Source: an uncultured Chloroflexia bacterium
Lineage (GTDB): Bacteria > Chloroflexota > Limnocylindria > Limnocylindrales > CSP1-4
Length of the DNA stretch: 64,000 nucleotides
Assembly: GCA_963780425.1 (NCBI GenBank)
Contig: CAWABZ010000015.1
Coordinates: 147,816 to 211,815 of the forward strand
Reading direction: 5' to 3'
Shown here: in pieces, positions 36,028 to 45,617 of the stretch
Layout: every line of letters begins with the position of its first letter
How positions within the stretch are numbered: the stretch's first letter is position 1
Notes under the pieces: model-generated
Told to the model about the DNA's origin: nothing
Seen by the model: only the letters and a program-made list of their open reading frames with translations
Databases searched by the model: none
Program-made: the position numbers and the translations under genes

Positions 36028-36855
36028 CTAGAGCCGGGAGCGGATCTCCCAGAGGTCCGGGAACGCCGGCCTGAACAGCGTCCCACGCAGGTACTCGACG
36101 CCGCTGGAGCCGCCGGTGCCGCGTTTCGTGCCGATCGTCCGTTCGACCATCTTGACGTGCCGGTAGCGCCATTCCTGGATGCCCTCGTCGAGATCGACCA
36201 GGCGCTCGGCGACCAGCCCGGCGTCCGCGTCATCGCGGTATGCCGCGATCAGCACCTCCTGGACGCGTGTGTCCGGCAGGCCGGCGTCGTCCGGCACGGG
36301 ATGGCCGCGCTCGACGAGGTAGCCGAGGAACGACTCCCACACCGACGTCGCCGACTGCGCCTCTTCGACCGTCCGCCGTGCCTGGGAACCCTCCGGTTGG
36401 GCGTCGACCGCCGAGGGCTCGCGCGAGCCCAGCATCGCCTCGATCGCGCGAAAGCCGGCCGACTGGAAACCCGACGCGGAATCCAGCCGATCGCGGAAGG
36501 ACAGGAACTGGAGCGGCGTCATGGTCTCGAGGACATCGACCTGGGCGACCAGCGTCTTGAGGATCTTGAGGACGCGGTTCAGAAGGTGGAGCGCCCGATC
36601 GGTATCGCCCTCCTCGAGCGCCAGCTGGACGCCGCGGAGCTCATGCCGGAGCGACTTGAACCACAGCTCGTAGACCTGGTGGACGACGATGAACAGCATC
36701 TCGTCGTGCTCCGCACCGTCAGGTCCGGCCGAGCGTTCGACCTGGAGCGACAGCAGCTCGGGCACCCTGAGGTACGAGGCGTACGTCACCGCGCGTCGGG
36801 TCACGAGGGGATGGTACGGGCTCAGTCGCGCGGCCGGATGCGGACGATCCAGCAT
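36028..36855 (-). CDS. kynA: Tryptophan 2,3-dioxygenase
   Basis: YASYLRVPELLSLQ, HDEMLFIVVHQVYELWFK, SGFQSAGFRAIE and WRYRHVKMVERTIGTKRGTGGSSGVEYL. Confidence 0.9.
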   Translation of the reverse strand: MLDRPHPAARLSPYHPLVTRRAVTYASYLRVPELLSLQVERSAGPDGAEHDEMLFIVVHQVYELWFKSLRHELRGVQLALEEGDTDRALHLLNRVLKILKTLVAQVDVLETMTPLQFLSFRDRLDSASGFQSAGFRAIEAMLGSREPSAVDAQPEGSQARRTVEEAQSATSVWESFLGYLVERGHPVPDDAGLPDTRVQEVLIAAYRDDADAGLVAERLVDLDEGIQEWRYRHVKMVERTIGTKRGTGGSSGVEYLRGTLFRPAFPDLWEIRSRL

Positions 36856-36923
36856 CGACGCCTCGGCGAAGACCGAAGTCCCTCGAGCTCGTCGGCTCGA
36901 TCGGCCTGCTAGCCTTTCTGAGC

Positions 36924-37424
36924 ATGGCGCTCAACATCATCCCGGTCGCACGCCTCAACCACGCAGTCCTGTACGTGCGCGACGCCACGGCGTCCGCCGA
37001 GTTCTACGGCCGGGTCTTCGGTTTCGAGGTCGTCGAGTCGGCCTTCGGCGGGCGGGCTGTGTTCATGCGGTCCGCCAACGGCGACAACCACCACGACCTC
37101 GGCCTCTTCTCTGTCGGGCCGGACGCGCCGCGCCCGCCCCGCGGCTCGGTGGGGCTCTACCACCTGGCCTGGGAGGTCCCCACGATCGAGGATCTCGCGG
37201 TGGCCGCGGAAACCCTGTCGGCCGAGCGCGCGCTCGGCGGTGCGTCCGACCACGGCGTGAGCAAGTCGCTCTACGGTGCGGACCCGGACGGCAACGAGTT
37301 CGAGATCATGTGGCGCGTCCCGCGTGAGGCGTGGGGCGAGTTCGAGAGCAAGGGCGTCGTGATGCCGCTCGACCTGGACGCCGAGCTAAAGCGCTGGGGT
37401 GCAGCCGGCGCCGCCCGCGCCTGA
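36924..37424 (+). CDS. VOC-family (glyoxalase / extradiol-dioxygenase fold) protein
   Basis: LNHAVLYVRDATASAEFYGRVFGFEV ... HHDLGLF ... LYHLAWEV ... DPDGNEFEI. Confidence 0.8.
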   Translation: MALNIIPVARLNHAVLYVRDATASAEFYGRVFGFEVVESAFGGRAVFMRSANGDNHHDLGLFSVGPDAPRPPRGSVGLYHLAWEVPTIEDLAVAAETLSAERALGGASDHGVSKSLYGADPDGNEFEIMWRVPREAWGEFESKGVVMPLDLDAELKRWGAAGAARA

Positions 37425-37517
37425 CCAGACCCACTTCACGGCGCAGCCGCGCGTCACGCCCTGGGCTCACTCGCGTTCTCGGTCGCGCCTTCGGCTGCCC
37501 CACGCTGCCGGCCTTGC

Positions 37518-38225
37518 CTACCGACAGTGCCAGCCGCCGTCGACGATGAGATCGACCCCGTTGACCGCGGTGTTCTCCAGCAGGAACACCGCGGCATCGA
37601 CGATCTCGTCCATGGTCGCCAGTCGGCCCAGCGGCGTCTCCGATGTGTAACGCTCGATGGCCGCCGTCTTCTGCGCCCAGTACGGACTGTTCCCGACGAC
37701 GCCCGGGTGGATCGAGTTCGCCCGGAGCGGCTTCAACTCCTCGACCAGGGTCCGCGTCAGGCCGACTACGCCGCCATTGACCGTGGTGACGGTCGTCGAT
37801 CCCGGGTAGGGGCGCTCCTTCGCCATCCCGCCGAAGAGCAGGATCGAGGCGTCGCCGGTGAGCCGGTCTCGCAGCGTGTGGACGACCTCCGTGTAGCCGA
37901 CGAGCTTGAGCGTGACGAGGCGGATGGCTTGCGCGATGTCATAGTCGGCGACCGTGTTCTGGTCGCGCTCGATGGCGACCAGCGCCAACCGCCGCACCGG
38001 ACCGACACCTGCCAGCGCGGCCGCGATCGAGGTCGGTTCTGCCAGGTCGAACGTCACGCCGGTCGGGCGGCCGCCGAGGTCCGCGACGGCCCGGGCGACG
38101 TTATCCGGGTTGCGACCCGTCAGCACGACGCGGTCACCGTGATCCAGATAGTGGCGCACCAGTTCGAGGCCGATCGCCCGAGTCCCACCGACCACGACCA
38201 CCGCTCCATCCGCCATGTCCGTCAC
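37518..38225 (-). CDS. SDR-family oxidoreductase
   Basis: VVVVGGTRAIGLEL Rossmann motif and C-terminal VNGVDLIVDGGW. Its start overlaps the stop of the upstream bicupin gene by 4 nt. Confidence 0.75.
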   Translation of the reverse strand: MTDMADGAVVVVGGTRAIGLELVRHYLDHGDRVVLTGRNPDNVARAVADLGGRPTGVTFDLAEPTSIAAALAGVGPVRRLALVAIERDQNTVADYDIAQAIRLVTLKLVGYTEVVHTLRDRLTGDASILLFGGMAKERPYPGSTTVTTVNGGVVGLTRTLVEELKPLRANSIHPGVVGNSPYWAQKTAAIERYTSETPLGRLATMDEIVDAAVFLLENTAVNGVDLIVDGGWHCR

Positions 38226-39142
38226 TCCTTCGCTCGCCCTCGCGCCTGCTCGTATGTCTCCCAGTCGGCCACCCAGCGGTAGGCCTGTCGAACCGGCGGC
38301 TGGGGTGCCTGCGTCTCGAGCCAGCGGACCCGCTCGGTGCCGGTGTTGTAGAAGCCGTGGACGCAGCCCACCGGTGCGAACGCCACGTCGCCCGGCCGGA
38401 ACGTGTACCGCCGGCCGTCGAACTCGCCCTCGATCTCGCCTGCCAGGAAGACGTAGGACTCCTCGAACGGATGGTCGTGCTGCTGGGCCGAGCCGCCGGG
38501 CTCGTAATCGACCGTGAACATCGTCGCGTGGTCGGCGCCGAAAGCGCGGTCGACGAGCATCTTCACGGAGATGCCGCTGTAGGCCAGGATGGCCGTGTCC
38601 ATCCCGGCCGACGGCCGGCCGCGGGCCGGGTCGCGGACGGCCAGCGCCTCCAGCTGCGGCCGCGTGCCCGCATAGTGGCCGACGAGCCGCAGGGTCGGGT
38701 CGCCGAACGGCGGCCGGGTCGCGGCGGCATCCATCGCGGCGAGATCGTGCGGCGGTTCGAAGAAGGTGTCCTTGCGGCCGGACGCCGGATCGACCCGCTG
38801 CGGGGAGTTCAATGACAGGAAGCGCACGGTCGCCGCGCTCGTATTGCCGAGCGCGTGGTGCAACCCGGTCGGGATGAGCGCGTAATCGCCATCGACGAGG
38901 CGGTGCACGCGGCCGCCGAGGTCGAGGAGCAGTTCGCCCTCGAGGACGTAGATCGCCTCCTCGAAGCTGTGGACGTGCGGTGCGAGCCAGCCGCCCGACT
39001 GCAGGACCACCGCGGCGAGCTCAGTGTGCACTGCGTCCTGGTCAGGCCCGATCAGGCGGTTACGGGCCAGGCCACGAGAGTGCGGGCCGATCAGCTCCTC
39101 GTCCGCGAACGACCAATCGAGCTTGCCGACGAAATGCCCCAC
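38222..39142 (-). CDS. Bicupin protein (two cupin domains)
   Basis: Cupin motifs in both halves (GGWLAPHVHSFEEAIYVLEGE...GDYALIPTGLHHA and GSAQQHDHPFEESYVFLAGE...GDVAFAPVGCVHGF). Confidence 0.75.
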   Translation of the reverse strand: MGHFVGKLDWSFADEELIGPHSRGLARNRLIGPDQDAVHTELAAVVLQSGGWLAPHVHSFEEAIYVLEGELLLDLGGRVHRLVDGDYALIPTGLHHALGNTSAATVRFLSLNSPQRVDPASGRKDTFFEPPHDLAAMDAAATRPPFGDPTLRLVGHYAGTRPQLEALAVRDPARGRPSAGMDTAILAYSGISVKMLVDRAFGADHATMFTVDYEPGGSAQQHDHPFEESYVFLAGEIEGEFDGRRYTFRPGDVAFAPVGCVHGFYNTGTERVRWLETQAPQPPVRQAYRWVADWETYEQARGRAKE

Positions 39143-39145
39143 CTC

Positions 39146-39790
39146 CTACTCGTCTCGCAGGCCCGGCACGTCGAGCGACCGCCGGCCGAGCACGAACCAG
39201 ATGCCGTGGACCGGGACCGCGCCGCGGTTGTATAGGCGGTGGGGGACCGTCGAGTCGATCGAGATCGAGTCGCCCGGTCCGAGGACGTGATCCTCGAACC
39301 CGATGGTGACGCCGAGCGTCCCGCTGATGACGACGCCCCATTCGTGCCCGCCGTGGCGTTGGAAATCCGCCTCGGGCCCGGAGGCGCCTCCGACCTCATA
39401 AGTCACGTACAGGAAATCGATGCCCGGGATCGACTCGGTCGTCAGCCGCTCCCAGACGACGCCCGAGGCAAGCCGGATGATCTTGCGGTCGTCCGCACGC
39501 TGGACCGCGTCGGCTGGTCGGCCCATAGGGGCGCGGGCGGTCGCGGTCGCGGGGCCGTCCCGGACGACGTGCAGGTCGCCGGCCCGCCCGGACCTGGCGG
39601 CATCGTTGAACAGCAGCTCGTCGAGCGACACGTCGAGCTCATTCGCGATCGCGTAGAGGGTGCTGACGGACGGCCGCGCTCGACCTGTTTCGACCTGCGA
39701 GATCAGGCTGGCGGACAGGCCGAGCCGCCCGGCCAGGTCGCGCAGGCTCAATCGTTTCGCGCGCCGCGCTGCACGGAGACGGTCGCCCAT
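39146..39790 (-). CDS. XRE-family HTH regulator with a C-terminal cupin sensor domain
   Basis: MGDRLRAARRAKRLSLRDLAGRLGLSASLISQVETGRARPSVSTLYAIANEL followed by a cupin region (HGGHEWGVVISGTL...PGDSISIDSTVPHRLYN). An alternative start is at 39892. Confidence 0.8.
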   Translation of the reverse strand: MGDRLRAARRAKRLSLRDLAGRLGLSASLISQVETGRARPSVSTLYAIANELDVSLDELLFNDAARSGRAGDLHVVRDGPATATARAPMGRPADAVQRADDRKIIRLASGVVWERLTTESIPGIDFLYVTYEVGGASGPEADFQRHGGHEWGVVISGTLGVTIGFEDHVLGPGDSISIDSTVPHRLYNRGAVPVHGIWFVLGRRSLDVPGLRDE

Positions 39791-39969
39791 CTCGAAGTAC
39801 TCGGGTCGGCTGCTACGGCCGGCTGGGCCCTCCACGACACCTCGATTCCGGACTGGACGAGCGCCGCTCACGTGTGTAACGATGTTGAACAACGTAGAGC
39901 GACACTGAAGGCCGTGTCAAGGTCGACGACAGCAACCTCGCCGACCCTCGACAGGAGGAAGGTGCTTCC

Positions 39970-41256
39970 GTGACGACCGCCGAAGTCCCCGCTCCGAGCA
40001 CGCCACCGGTCGTCCGTGCCGACCTAGCGATCGCTTCCCCCGGATCGATGAATGTCGACTGGGAGGAACGCTGGAACGTCGAGCGGCTGCGCACCTACCG
40101 GACCGGCCGCGCGCGTGACGCCCTCGCCGCGTCTGATCTGGGTGCGGTGTTGCTCTTCGACTTCAACAACATCCGTTACGTGACCAGCACCCATATCGGC
40201 GAGTGGGCGCGCGACAAGATGACCCGCTACGCCCTCCTGAGCCGGGGCGGGGATCCGCACATCTGGGACTTCGGCTCAGCGGCCAAGCATCACCGGCTCA
40301 ACTGCCCGTGGCTGCGGACCGAGAACATCCACGCCGGCATGATCGGCCTGCGGGGCGCGGTGGCGCCGGATGCCGGCCTGTTCCGGGATGCCGCTCGCGA
40401 GATTGCTGCCATCCTGAAGGCAGAGGGTGTCGCGGACATGCTCCTCGGCGTCGACATCCTGGAGCCGCCGATGCTCGCCGCGCTCGAGGCCGAGGGCGTG
40501 ACCGTGCGCGACGGTCAGCAGGTGATGCTCGACGCCCGTGAGGTCAAATCGATCGACGAGATCCTTTTGCTCAACACGGCCTGCGCGATGGTCGATGGCG
40601 CCTACCAGCACATCGCCGAGCGGCTCAAGCCCGGTGTCCGCGAGAGCGAGCTCGTCGCCGAGGTAACTCGTCTCCTGTTCGAGATGGGCTCGGAGCACGT
40701 GGACAACATCAACGCCGTTTCCGGCGAGCGGTGCAGTCCCCACCCGCACGTCTTCAGCGACCGCCTCATCCGGCCGGGCGACCAGGCCTTCTTCGACATC
40801 ATCCACACGTTCATCGGCTACAAGACCTGTTACTACAGGACGTTCAGCGTCGGGACGTCGACCGATGCCCAGCGCGATGCCTACAAGCGGGCGCGCGAGT
40901 GGATCGACGCCTCGATCGAGCTGATGCGCCCCGGCGTCGGGACCGACGAGGTCGCCAGGGTCTGGCCGAGGGCCGAGGAGTTCGGCTTCTCCAGCGAGAT
41001 GGAGTGCTTCGGCCTCCAGTTCGGGCACAGCGTCGGGCTGTTCCTCCACGAGCGACCGATCATCAGCCGCCTTAACTCGCTCGATCACCCGGTCGAGATC
41101 AAGGAGGGCATGGTCATCGCGCTCGAGACGTACTGCCCGGCCAAGGACGGGATCTCGGCCGCTCGGATCGAGGAGGAGGTCGTCGTGACCCGCGACGGCC
41201 CTCGCGTCATCACGAAGTTCCCCAGTGACGAGCTGTTCGTGGCCAATGCCTACTAG
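39970..41256 (+). CDS. M24-family protein (Xaa-Pro peptidase / creatinase-like fold)
   Basis: GTG 39970. Creatinase/prolidase-type N-domain followed by a pita-bread domain (GDQAFFDIIHTFIGYKT, FGHSVGLFLHERP, MVIALETY, ARIEEEVVVT). Confidence 0.75.
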   Translation: MTTAEVPAPSTPPVVRADLAIASPGSMNVDWEERWNVERLRTYRTGRARDALAASDLGAVLLFDFNNIRYVTSTHIGEWARDKMTRYALLSRGGDPHIWDFGSAAKHHRLNCPWLRTENIHAGMIGLRGAVAPDAGLFRDAAREIAAILKAEGVADMLLGVDILEPPMLAALEAEGVTVRDGQQVMLDAREVKSIDEILLLNTACAMVDGAYQHIAERLKPGVRESELVAEVTRLLFEMGSEHVDNINAVSGERCSPHPHVFSDRLIRPGDQAFFDIIHTFIGYKTCYYRTFSVGTSTDAQRDAYKRAREWIDASIELMRPGVGTDEVARVWPRAEEFGFSSEMECFGLQFGHSVGLFLHERPIISRLNSLDHPVEIKEGMVIALETYCPAKDGISAARIEEEVVVTRDGPRVITKFPSDELFVANAY

Positions 41257-41262
41257 GACCGA

Positions 41263-42276
41263 ATGACGATGGCGACCGCCAGCGCGTCGCCCGCTGCCCT
41301 CGATCGCAAGACCGGGCTGCGCCTGTACCGGACCATGCAGGAGTGCCGTCTACTCGAGACGCGCGCGCAGGAGCTGTTCTTCGAGGGCCTCGTCCGGGGC
41401 ACGACCCACCTGGGCGTCGGCCAGGAGGCGGTGGCCGCCGGGTTCGCCGGTGTGATGCGCGCCGATGACTACACCTTGTGCACCTATCGCGGTCATAACC
41501 ACAACATCGCCCGCGGCGTGCCGATGGCGCCGATCCTCGCCGAGCTGTTCGGACGCTCGACCGGGTTGCTGGGCGGCAAGGGCGGCTCGATGCACCTCAC
41601 CAGCGTCGAGCACGGCGTGCTCGGGTCGTACGCGATCGTCGGAGCCCACCTGCCGATCGCCCTCGGAGCCGCCTGGTCGGCGCAGTACCGCAAGTCGGGC
41701 CAGGTGGCCGTCTGCTTCTTCGGCGACGGGACGACGAACATCGGCGCCTTCCACGAGGCGCTGAACATGGCGGCGGTCTGGAAGGCCCCGGTCGTCTTCG
41801 TCTGCGAGAACAACCAGTACATGGAATACACGCCGATCGGGGCCGTGACCGCCGTGGCGCGCCCGGCTGCCGACCGCGCCAGTGCCTACGGCCTGGAGCC
41901 GATCGTCGTCGACGGCAACGATGTCGAAGCCGTCCACGAGGTGGCAGCCACGACCATCGAGCGTGCGCGGGCCGGTGAAGGGCCGTCACTGGTCGAAGCC
42001 GTCACATATCGTCACGGCGGCCACTCACGCGCCGACCCAGGCACGTACCGGCCCGACGACGAGGTCGCCGCGTGGAAGGCGCGGGACCCGATCCCCGCCT
42101 ACCGCGCTCGGTTGGAGGCCTCGGGTGTCGACGCGGCCGCCCTCGACGCCATCGACGAGGAGACCCGAGAGAAGGTCGCGGCGGCCGAGGCCGAGGCGCG
42201 CTCCGCGCCGGAGCCGGCCGCCGACGTGCTGGAGACCCAGGTCTGGGCGGACGGTGGAGCCCGATGGCGGAACTGA
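41263..42276 (+). CDS. Thiamine-diphosphate-dependent 2-oxoacid (pyruvate/acetoin-type) dehydrogenase E1 alpha subunit
   Basis: YRGHNHNIARG, GGKGGSMH and the ThDP motif CFFGDGTTNIGAFHEALNMAAVWKAPVVFVCENNQY. Confidence 0.88.
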   Translation: MTMATASASPAALDRKTGLRLYRTMQECRLLETRAQELFFEGLVRGTTHLGVGQEAVAAGFAGVMRADDYTLCTYRGHNHNIARGVPMAPILAELFGRSTGLLGGKGGSMHLTSVEHGVLGSYAIVGAHLPIALGAAWSAQYRKSGQVAVCFFGDGTTNIGAFHEALNMAAVWKAPVVFVCENNQYMEYTPIGAVTAVARPAADRASAYGLEPIVVDGNDVEAVHEVAATTIERARAGEGPSLVEAVTYRHGGHSRADPGTYRPDDEVAAWKARDPIPAYRARLEASGVDAAALDAIDEETREKVAAAEAEARSAPEPAADVLETQVWADGGARWRN

Positions 42277-43251
42277 CCTATCGCCAGGCCGTCGCAGAAG
42301 CCATCGCCCAGGAGATGGAGCGCGACGAATCCGTCGTGCTGATCGGCGAGGACGTCGGGGCCGCGGGCGGCGTGTTCAAGCTGACCGAGGGCTTGTTCGA
42401 CCGGTTCGGGCCGGAACGGGTCCGCGACACGCCCATCAGCGAGCAGGCCATCGTCGGTGCAGCGATGGGCGCCGCGATGACCGGGCTGCGGCCGATCGCC
42501 GAGTTGATGTTCAGCGACTTCTTCGCCGTGACCTGGGACATGGTCGCCAACCAGATCGCGAAGACACGCTACATGACGGACGGCCAGGTCACGATCCCGC
42601 TCGTGCTGCGGACCGCGAACGGCGCCGGCCTGCGGTTCGGTGCGCAGCACAGTCAGAGCGTCGAGAACTGGGCGATGGCGATCCCCGGGCTGAAGGTCGT
42701 GGCCCCGTCGAACCCGGCCGACATGAAGGGACTGCTCGCGGCGGCGGTCCGGGAGGACGACCCGGTCATCGTCTGCGAGCACAAGGCGCTGTTCGCCGAA
42801 AAGGGCGATGTCCCCGACGGCGAGCATGTCGTCCCGCTCGGACAGGCGGCGGTGGTCCGGGAGGGCACGGACGTGACGCTGGTCGCGCTGGCAGCGATGG
42901 TCCCCCGCGCGGTCGCCGCCGCGGAGCGGCTCGCCAGCGACCACGGCATCGACGCCGAGGTGATCGACCTCCGCTCGCTCATCCCGCTCGATGCCGATAG
43001 CGATCCTCCGGTCAGTCGGCAGGACGACCCGCATGTTCACGGTCGAGGAGAATCCCAGCGTCGGCGGCTGGGGCGCCGAGATCGTGTCGCTCGTCGCGGA
43101 CGAGGCCTTCTACAGCCTCGACGCGCCCCTCGTGCGGATCACGACGCCGCACATCCCACTGCCATCGGCGGCCTCGCTCGAGGATCTCGCGCTGCCATCC
43201 GTCGAGCGCATCGTCGAGACAATCACCCGGCGTCTCGACCAGGCGCGCTGA
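42264..43251 (+). pseudogene. 2-oxoacid dehydrogenase E1 beta subunit with one apparent +1 frameshift at about nt 42999
   Basis: Frame 0 reads MAELTYRQAVAEAIAQEMERDESVVLIGEDVG...VIDLRSLIPLDAD. The conserved continuation AILRSVGRTTRMFTVEENPSVGGWGAEI...to TGA 43249..43251 is in the +1 frame (track ORF 42991..43251). Confidence 0.85.
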
Positions 43252-43257
43252 CGGACG

Positions 43258-44158
43258 ATGGCCACCGTCGGGCTCCTCGGCGCCGGTCGGATGGGCAGCG
43301 CGATGGCCCGCGCGCTCCGGGCCGCCGGCCACGATCTCGTGATCTGGAACCGGACCCGGTCTGCGGCCGATGCGCTTGCCGACGAGCTCGGCGGCCGCAG
43401 CGTCAGCCGACCTTCCGAGCGTAGGGGCCGTCGCTGAGATCTCCATCTCGATGCTGGCCGATGGGCCTGCCGTCGACGCGGTGTACGGAGGGCCCGAGGG
43501 TCTCATCGCCGGCGCTCGCGCGGGCACGGTCCTTGTCGACAGCTCGACGGTCCCACCTGCCGTCCTGAAGGGCCACGAAGCGGCGATCCGCGAGCGCGGT
43601 GCGGGCGTGCTCGACGCGCCGGTCTCGGGCAGCGTGACCTTGGCGGAGAGCGGCAAGCTGACCCTGATGGTGGGCGGGGATTCGATCGACCTCGAGCGTG
43701 CGCGACCGGTACTCGGGGCCGTCGGGACCACGATCTTCCACGTCGGGCCGCTCGGGACCGGGGCGGCGATGAAGCTCGCGGTGAACACTGTGATCTTCGG
43801 CCTCAATGGGGCCCTGGCCGAGGCGCTCGTTCTCGCCGAGCGGGCGGGCATCGCCCGCGAGCTTGCATATGACGTCCTGGCGACGAGTGCAGTCGGAGCG
43901 CCGTATGTCGGCTACAAGCGGGCGGCCTTCCTCGAACCCGAGTCGACGCCGGTCGCATTCGCGATGGATCTCGCTGCCAAGGATCTCCACCTCATCGCCG
44001 ATCTGGCAGGCGACGTCGGGCAGCCGATGCCGCAGGCGACGACGAACCTCGCAGTCATCGACGCCGTCATCGAGGGCGGCGGCGGTGACCGGGATCTCTC
44101 CGCGGTCGCGGGCCACCTTCGCGACCGCCGCACTGCAGAGGAGGGCGCGACTGCGTGA
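43258..44158 (+). pseudogene. NAD(P)-dependent beta-hydroxyacid (3-hydroxyisobutyrate/6-phosphogluconate-type) dehydrogenase with one apparent +1 frameshift at about nt 43405
   Basis: Frame 1 reads MATVGLLGAGRMGSAMARALRAAGHDLVIWNRT...DELGGRSV. The +1 frame continues ADLPSVGAVAEISISMLADGPAV...DAPVSGS...GTGAAMKLAVN. Confidence 0.85.
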
Positions 44159-44210
44159 CCGGCGCGATCGACATCGGCGTGATTGCAGAGGCGCATGAGA
44201 GGAGGCACAC

Positions 44211-45614
44211 GTGAGCAAGCGGACGCTGATCAAGGACGGCATTGTCCTGACACAGGACGACCAGCTGGGCGAGCTGCCCAAGGCCGACATCCTTATCGAG
44301 GATGACCGCATCGCGGCGATCGGCCCGAACCTCGAGGCGACGGACGCCGGCGTCATCGACGCCAAGGGCGATGTCGTCATCCCCGGCTTCGTCGACACCC
44401 ACCGTCACACGTGGGAGACCTCGATCCGGACATCGGCGCCCGATTACACGCTGGGAGCCTACTTCGGGGCGATCCTCGACAAGTTCGCACCGAACTATCG
44501 ACCCGACGACGTCTACGCGGGCAACCTGTGGGGATCGCTCGAGTGCATCAACGCGGGCATCACCACCCTCGTCGATTGGTCGCACATCATGAACACGCCC
44601 GACCACGCCGACGAGGCGGTCCGCGGGCTGCAAGAGTCGGGCATCCGATCCGTCTTCGCCTTCGGCTTCCCGAACACGTCCATCCAGGACTGGTGGTTCG
44701 GGCCGGATTACGGCGGAAGCGTGGAACGCATCAACGGCGACGAGGCGCGCCGGGTGCGCCGCGACTACCTGAGTGACGACCGAGGGCTCATCACGATGGC
44801 CCTCGCCACGCGTGGCACGAACTTCTGTAAGGAGGACGTCGTCCGCTTCGAGTGGGAGCTGGCCAAGGAGCTCGGGATCAACATCACGGTCCACGTCGCG
44901 ATGGACCGGTTCGGCTACACCAAGATGCAGCTCCGCAAGCTCCGCGAGATGGACCTGCTCTACCCGAACACGACCTACATCCATTCGTCGCACCTGCTCG
45001 ACGACGAGTGGGAGATGGTCCGCGACTCCGGTGGGAACGTGTCGCTCGCGCCGCAGATCGAGCTGCAGATGGGGCACGGCTGGGCACCGGCGGCGACGGC
45101 CTCGAAGCTTGGCATCCCGGTCGGGCTGTCATCGGACGTGGCCACGACCGCATCGTCCGACCAGTTCACGCAGATGCATGCGATCTTCGCCTCGGAGCGG
45201 GCCCGCCGGCATCAGAGCGCGTGGGACGAGGACCTCGACGGCAACCTGCCCACGCCGGACCTCGTCGACGCGCGGCAGGTCCTGCGCTGGGCGACCAGCG
45301 AAGGCGCCAAGGTCGCCGGCGTCGGCGACTGGACCGGCTCCCTCACACCCGGAAAGAAGGCCGACATCGTCATCATCGATGGGTCGGCCGTGAATGTGGC
45401 GCCGATCATCGATCCCGTCGGCGCGGTGGTCTGCGCAGCGGACGTCTCGAACGTCAAGACGGTCTTCGTCGACGGCGAGCTGCTGAAGCAGGACTTCAGG
45501 CTCCGGGCCGACCTGACCGGGCCGCGCAAGGACGTCGAGGCGTCCCGCGATTACCTCGTATCGAGGTTTGGTGAGCCCGAGCCAGGCTGGCTGCCGGCCG
45601 TAGTCACGGCCTGA
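44211..45614 (+). CDS. Amidohydrolase-superfamily metal-dependent hydrolase (aminohydrolase/deaminase-like)
   Basis: GTG start. VIPGFVDTHRHTWE (HxH motif), ITVHVAM and GLSSDVATT. 467 aa. Confidence 0.8.
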   Translation: MSKRTLIKDGIVLTQDDQLGELPKADILIEDDRIAAIGPNLEATDAGVIDAKGDVVIPGFVDTHRHTWETSIRTSAPDYTLGAYFGAILDKFAPNYRPDDVYAGNLWGSLECINAGITTLVDWSHIMNTPDHADEAVRGLQESGIRSVFAFGFPNTSIQDWWFGPDYGGSVERINGDEARRVRRDYLSDDRGLITMALATRGTNFCKEDVVRFEWELAKELGINITVHVAMDRFGYTKMQLRKLREMDLLYPNTTYIHSSHLLDDEWEMVRDSGGNVSLAPQIELQMGHGWAPAATASKLGIPVGLSSDVATTASSDQFTQMHAIFASERARRHQSAWDEDLDGNLPTPDLVDARQVLRWATSEGAKVAGVGDWTGSLTPGKKADIVIIDGSAVNVAPIIDPVGAVVCAADVSNVKTVFVDGELLKQDFRLRADLTGPRKDVEASRDYLVSRFGEPEPGWLPAVVTA

Positions 45615-45617
45615 CCG

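Noticed and set aside
40780-40830. Loss of a metal-binding Asp in the M24 protein (FFDIIHTFIGYKTCYYRTF), which would imply a non-peptidase such as a creatinase.
   Set aside because: Without an alignment I cannot be sure which residues correspond to the canonical D, D, H, E, E ligands, so I did not make the claim.
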